From an uncultured Candidatus Saccharibacteria bacterium (GTDB lineage Bacteria; Patescibacteriota; Minisyncoccia; Phycocordibacterales; UBA918): DNA of 31,599 bases. The DNA lies in assembly GCA_964515625.1 (NCBI GenBank), contig CAZEUI010000004.1:1-31599 (forward strand), given 5' to 3'. Positions 26,846 to 31,599 of the stretch are shown piece by piece (position 1 is the first letter of the stretch; every line of letters begins with the position of its first letter). Both the position numbers and the translations under genes were made by a program. The notes beneath the pieces are model-generated. The model made no database searches. It was not told the origin of the DNA and saw nothing but the letters and a program-made list of their open reading frames with translations.

Positions 26846-26914
26846 TTATAATGTAATATTATCACATTATAAAAGCAACTTAATACAAATTTTTGTATTA
26901 AGTTGCTTTTATAA
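26846..26914. repeat. Two overlapping palindromes between res and the ATPase gene
   Basis: 26867-26914: perfect 23-bp arms (TTATAAAAGCAACTTAATACAAA-TT-TTTGTATTAAGTTGCTTTTATAA). 26846-26872: TTATAATGT-9 nt-ACATTATAA. Confidence 0.9.
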
Positions 26915-26929
26915 ACAGGAAAAATGATT

Positions 26930-29596
26930 TTATAACTTCCCAACCATTCCTTCCATGTCCTTATGTGGTGCTACATACACCACCTCGCCTACCGCTTCAA
27001 AATGTTTCCTGCCAGACTTAATTTTTAGTTGTTCCATTAGCGATAAGTCTTCCAGTCTGTCTGTCCCTTTTGTTTCAGTTACCAAATATAACTTCTTGTC
27101 CCCCATAAACACAATTGCCCAGTCGGGGTTGTAGCTTCCTAGTGGAGTCTTGATTTTGAATTTTGGTGGTAACTTCATGTAAAACTCAATCTCGTCTCTG
27201 TCCTCTAGTTCAGCCGCAAAGTCGTTTTCTATCTGCGAATCAAAAGCTACGTGGTCATAAAGAGTTTTGTCTTTATTTTGTACTACTCGAACGTTATCTA
27301 TATACGATTCAATTTCTGCATCCTTAAATATTTGCATATCGTACACCTCTTCACCAATCTTCTCGTATTTGATTCCATCAATAATCATCTCTTGTTTAGT
27401 TCGACGGATTTCCTGCACCATATTATCCATAAAGTGTTGTGGGTTGGTGCGTAGTCTAGTCAACGCTTCCTTGCCGGCTAAGTTCAGAATAGTTGCGATA
27501 GTGTCAGGGCGGAGTTGGGTATGATAAGAAATATACTTCATTATATTCGGTATTGGTAGAGACTGTTTAAACTGCTTGCCTTTACCAACTTTCCGCACAG
27601 TAGTTAAAATTCCTTTTCTAGCATCAAATTGTAGTGATGCCACATCGGTTCTAATCCTTGGTGCTACCGAACTAATTTCCCCCACTGCTTCAGCCGCCTT
27701 TTTAACAAAAGTCTTATCACTAAAACTAACGGAATAATTAGTCTTGTATTTTATTCGTTGCCAGAGTTCCAGGAATTTTTCATCAAGTTCCCATTTTTTC
27801 TTCAGCTTCACCTGCTGTCGCTTGTATTTATTCTTTATTCTACCGCCATCAAACTTAACCCCAGTTTCTTCCTCAATCTCACCTTGCAGTCCTTTGGCAA
27901 AAGTATCATAACTTTCATTTGCAATCACCGTTAGGACATTGATTGAAGTATCGAAAATACGCACTCCTTCGTGGTTCACCGGCAGTCTTAATCCCCGTCC
28001 AATCTCCTGTCGCTTTTTAACGTAAGCCCCTGTTTCATTTAGAGTACAAATCTGAAAAACATTTGGATTATCCCAACCTTCTTTTAGAGTAGAGTGAGAA
28101 AAGATAAATTGTAAGGGCTCATCTGCTGAAAGTAGCTTCTCCTTGTCTTTCATTATTAGGGCGTAAGTATCGCGGTCGGCTTCAGTAGTGCCTCTAGTGT
28201 CCTTGTAGCCACCCGTTTTGTCTTTAGAAAAATAGCCGTCATGCACTAGTTCCACCTTTGGTAGTTTTATTTTTTTGTATTTAGGTAGAGCTGACAATTC
28301 ATTATAGATATCCTTAAACCACTGCGCATAAATACCACCTTCCCCCGCTTCATGGTTGCGGTACTTAACAACTGAATCAATAAAAAACAACGACAAAACC
28401 TTAATCTTTTCCCCTCGCTCCTGAAACTTCCGCATTTTTTCTAAATGCTCACTGACAGTGTCGTATATCTGCTGTTTCCGTATTTCATCATCAAGTTCAC
28501 CAATTCCTTTGCGGGTAGATACTATTTCACCATTTTGAAACTCCACTTCTTCACTACCAGCATCAATACTACTCACAATAAACCCGTCGTATGCCGGCAA
28601 GAATCCAGACTCTTCATACAAATTACATTCCTTAGTGGCTCGTGTTTTGTGTACTTGGGTTTTGATAGACTTCTTCTTAATAACACCCTTATTAACCACT
28701 TCAATTTCCAGAGTAGCGACAATGGCAGTTTTGCTCGCTTTAATACTTTTTACTTTCACATAAGCATCATTCTGCGCTCCTTCCTCTCGGACTGAAGCTA
28801 CTTCAATCCGTTTAACTAGCCCTTGGTCATAGGCATCGACAGGTGTTAAACGGTGGATTTGATTATATAAATTTCGGTGGGTGGCAGAATAACGTAGAGT
28901 ACAAAGTGGATTGAGTGATTCTATAGCGTTGCGTCGAATGTCCGTCTCCATATTTTGCGGTTCGTCAATAATCACTATCGGGTTGGTTTTTTGAATTAGT
29001 TCCATCGGTACGCCGATGATAGTGTCACTAGCTTTATTCATGACTCGATTTACCGTGTCAAAAGCTTCGATGTTTATTAGCATGACGCTCAAGTTGTTGC
29101 TGGTAGCAAAAGCACTCAGATCACTCGGACGTTTACTATTGTAGGCGAAGAAGCTGTAGTTTGGGTTGCCGTAAAGTGTCCGCAGGTGGTCACGAGTAAT
29201 TTCTAGTGACTTCAACACCCCTTCACGAATAGCCTTACCCGGTACTACAATAATAAACTTACCAAAGCCGTATCGCTTATGGAGTTCAAAAATGGTTCGT
29301 AAATAAACATAAGTCTTGCCGGTACCAGTCTCCATTTCGATGGTGAAATTTCGTCCTTGGTAATCCTCTTGTTTTGTAAGCTTGTTTCGCTCTTGAACAG
29401 CGTGCAGGTTTTTGATTATGGCGTCTTCTTCTATCTGTAGTAAATTACCCACGCCCATTCCGTTTTGAAATAAACCCAGACCGTTAGAGCTGAAAACATC
29501 GTTTCCACCGGTAGTTTGTTGTCCGTCAAATAAGTCTGTCACGCTTTTAATAGCGTCTAACTGATATTCTTGATGGGGATCAAATTGCAGTTTCAT
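26930..29596 (-). CDS. res: Type III restriction endonuclease subunit Res
   Basis: EMETGTGKT, IIDEPQN, LRYSATH, FIFSHSTLKEGWDNPNVFQICTL, QEIGRGLRL, C-terminal YNPDW...ETKG (PD-(D/E)xK); uninterrupted 888 aa. Confidence 0.95.
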   Translation of the reverse strand: MKLQFDPHQEYQLDAIKSVTDLFDGQQTTGGNDVFSSNGLGLFQNGMGVGNLLQIEEDAIIKNLHAVQERNKLTKQEDYQGRNFTIEMETGTGKTYVYLRTIFELHKRYGFGKFIIVVPGKAIREGVLKSLEITRDHLRTLYGNPNYSFFAYNSKRPSDLSAFATSNNLSVMLINIEAFDTVNRVMNKASDTIIGVPMELIQKTNPIVIIDEPQNMETDIRRNAIESLNPLCTLRYSATHRNLYNQIHRLTPVDAYDQGLVKRIEVASVREEGAQNDAYVKVKSIKASKTAIVATLEIEVVNKGVIKKKSIKTQVHKTRATKECNLYEESGFLPAYDGFIVSSIDAGSEEVEFQNGEIVSTRKGIGELDDEIRKQQIYDTVSEHLEKMRKFQERGEKIKVLSLFFIDSVVKYRNHEAGEGGIYAQWFKDIYNELSALPKYKKIKLPKVELVHDGYFSKDKTGGYKDTRGTTEADRDTYALIMKDKEKLLSADEPLQFIFSHSTLKEGWDNPNVFQICTLNETGAYVKKRQEIGRGLRLPVNHEGVRIFDTSINVLTVIANESYDTFAKGLQGEIEEETGVKFDGGRIKNKYKRQQVKLKKKWELDEKFLELWQRIKYKTNYSVSFSDKTFVKKAAEAVGEISSVAPRIRTDVASLQFDARKGILTTVRKVGKGKQFKQSLPIPNIMKYISYHTQLRPDTIATILNLAGKEALTRLRTNPQHFMDNMVQEIRRTKQEMIIDGIKYEKIGEEVYDMQIFKDAEIESYIDNVRVVQNKDKTLYDHVAFDSQIENDFAAELEDRDEIEFYMKLPPKFKIKTPLGSYNPDWAIVFMGDKKLYLVTETKGTDRLEDLSLMEQLKIKSGRKHFEAVGEVVYVAPHKDMEGMVGKL

Positions 29597-29597
29597 A

Positions 29598-31542
29598 TCA
29601 AACTGAGCGGAAAATTACCTTCTTCTCGGTGCAACGTAAATCAAAGTTTATCTTATCGACGTCTTTCTTAAAGATTTGCTCTAATACGACCACTTCAGTT
29701 GGCTTTTCTGCCAAAACTGACATTAAATCTTTGGCTTTGAAAGAGTCATTTAGTACCAAAGCCAGCGTGCCTCCCGCCATCAGCCAACCACCTTTGTCTT
29801 CCAACGGAGTTGTTAAAGGATAACCTAGCTTCAACAATATTTCGTCGGCCCGCTCCCTCTCTGTCCCCTCCGGCTTAGCTTTAGCAAAATCAATAATATC
29901 CTGCATCAGAGTATCGTTGTCTTCATAAGCTTTAGCTTGCCATTGCGGGAAATGCGAATCACTCGCCTGATACACTTGCATACCCAAGTCCCCAGCATAG
30001 TCGGGATGTTCAGTTTTTAGTTTGGCGCTGGCGCGCCCCACCCGCTCAATCGCAATATCCGAAATAGTTTCATACCCAGCACTTCCGTGCCTCACTCCCT
30101 TCCGGCGTATTCTCCGGCATCTGCACACATATATATGAACGATTCCCACCATCAGCAATATTTTGTGCCATAACAGCGTGAGCGGTAGTGCCAGATCCAG
30201 CAAAGAAGTCGAGGATTAGGTCGTTTGAGTCCTTGTTGGTTGAGAGTTGTAAAATTCTTCGAATAAGTCTGGTTGGTTTAGGGTTGTCAAAGAATCCTCC
30301 AAAATCTAATGATTTTAATTCTTGATTAGACTCATGATTATGTCCCACCTCATCATATTTCCAAATAGTTACTGGAACAACTCCATCAGAAACGTCACAC
30401 AAAAAACTTTTTCTTGCTGGATTTGACTTGCCGTCAGTACCAAACCAGATTTCATTATTATCCTCTAGTTCCTTGAGTCTTGCCTCACTAAATCTTGGAA
30501 AAGTGCCTTTAGGCGGTTGCCAGATTAAATTATTTTTGAAAACATACTTAAAATTTGTATTATTACCACTTTTTGCATGAAGTGGCGTTGATTTCCACAC
30601 TCCTTTCAGGTGATTATCAGGATTTTTATAAGCACTCAATTGCTGTTCGTTCCTAGGCTGCTTATTAAAATTTATTGCATTTATTTTTTTGCTGAACACA
30701 AGAATATGATCATGATTGTCAGAAAAGTATTTTGCGTCGTTACTTCGGGTGTGCTTCTTTTCCCATATAAGTTGTGTAACAAAATTCTCCTCCCCAAAAA
30801 TCTCATTCATCACCATGTGCAGATTATGTACCTCATTATCATCAATCGATACAAAAATCACTCCGTCATCACGCAGTAAGTTACGAGCCAAGAAAAGCCG
30901 TGGATAAATCATATTGAGCCAGTTGGAGTGAAACCGCCCACCATCACGAGAGTTTTGCTGGTAAGACTTAGTCAAATGACCGTTATTAGTAACGTTACAT
31001 TCATCACAATACTCATCCTCCGTCTGCTTAAAATTATCATGATAAACAAAGTCCTTGCCAGTGTTATAAGGCGGATCAATATAAATCATCTTCACCTTAT
31101 TAAAATAAGCCTTCTGTAAAGTCCGTAAAACCTCCAAATTCTCCCCTTCAATAAAAATATTGTCACTAGGCTCCTTTACATCCTTCCCTTTCTCGTCACT
31201 ACTTATTTTAGGTAAACTACGTTTCTTATCTAAAGTCAGGGTACAAACAGATTGCTTAGCAATTTCATCATAAACAAACCGCTTCCCAGCCCAATTCAAC
31301 CCATACCGTTCCCCCTCAGCCGTACCATCTAACGCTTCTTTACCAACACCAGCCACACTGTCTTTCTTAAACAGCTTCCCCAGCAAAGCCGGATCCAGTT
31401 TCCCTTACACAAAAGCCTCCGGTACCAACCGTCGCAAAGCATTCAACTTATCAGCCAAAATATCAGGATTCAATCCATTCAAAGATTTGACGCTCTTTCT
31501 CCTGCTCTTGTTACTATCACCACCCTTAACAGCTTTAGTCAT
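29598..31542 (-). pseudogene. mod: Type III N6-adenine methyltransferase Mod, with a nonsense mutation and a frameshift
   Basis: ATG 31542, in-frame TAA at codon 46 (31405-31407; EAFV*GKLD). RYGLNWAGK, YIDPPYNT, LDFFAGSGTTAH. One extra base at about 30081 (ARK-t-AGYETISDI) separates the C-terminal part, which ends at TGA 29598. Confidence 0.92.
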
Positions 31543-31599
31543 ACAAAAAAATACCCGCATTACCTAATAACACCCATTCATTAATATAAACCCATTGTA

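Noticed and set aside
26841-26870. dif-like site (TATAA-TGTAATA-TTAT resembles the CATAA-TGTATA-TTATG core of E. coli dif)
   Set aside because: The spacer is 7 rather than 6 nt, there is no XerD-arm match (TTATGTTAAAT), it overlaps a start codon, and the context is very AT-rich.
1349-31119. Short ORFs from the track that lie antisense to, or in another frame within, long genes (e.g. 1349..1558, 2576..2896, 12196..12438, 19226..19492, 23055..23462, 28445..28795, 30610..30879)
   Set aside because: They overlap well-supported genes and have no motifs of their own; they are shadow ORFs.
1-31599. CRISPR array, tRNA, rRNA, IS element or diversity-generating retroelement
   Set aside because: No regularly spaced repeats, cloverleaf, transposase, reverse transcriptase or template/variable repeat pair was seen. 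The long inverted repeats are unrelated to each other.

Overview
AT-rich bacterial chromosomal window, almost all on the minus strand, read with genetic code 11. Gene content and protein style point to a Patescibacteria (CPR) genome of the Parcubacteria/Paceibacteria type; this is inference. Left to right: (1) a type IV secretion-like locus with the 5' end of a PrgI-family gene, a VirB6/TrbL-like membrane protein and three unknown proteins, directly behind pcrA-rsmA; (2) a broken GNAT gene, a LysM-M23 peptidase with a long structured leader, comM/yifB and a large membrane-anchored unknown; (3) a heavily decayed pnp pseudogene at its native rpsO-NYN-pnp position, and a XerC/D recombinase; (4) a DUF4349-like gene, a tandem pair of M14 peptidases of which one has lost its catalytic residues, a candidate small RNA, an acidic gene remnant, and an unusual membrane-anchored Clp/Hsp100 ATPase with a small membrane partner; (5) a cold-shock gene and a defence island with an RloA/RloB-like ATPase-TOPRIM pair (TOPRIM gene frameshifted) and a type III R-M system (res intact, mod broken twice). 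No rRNA, tRNA, CRISPR array or transposase was seen. All family calls come from motif recognition by eye, without database searches.
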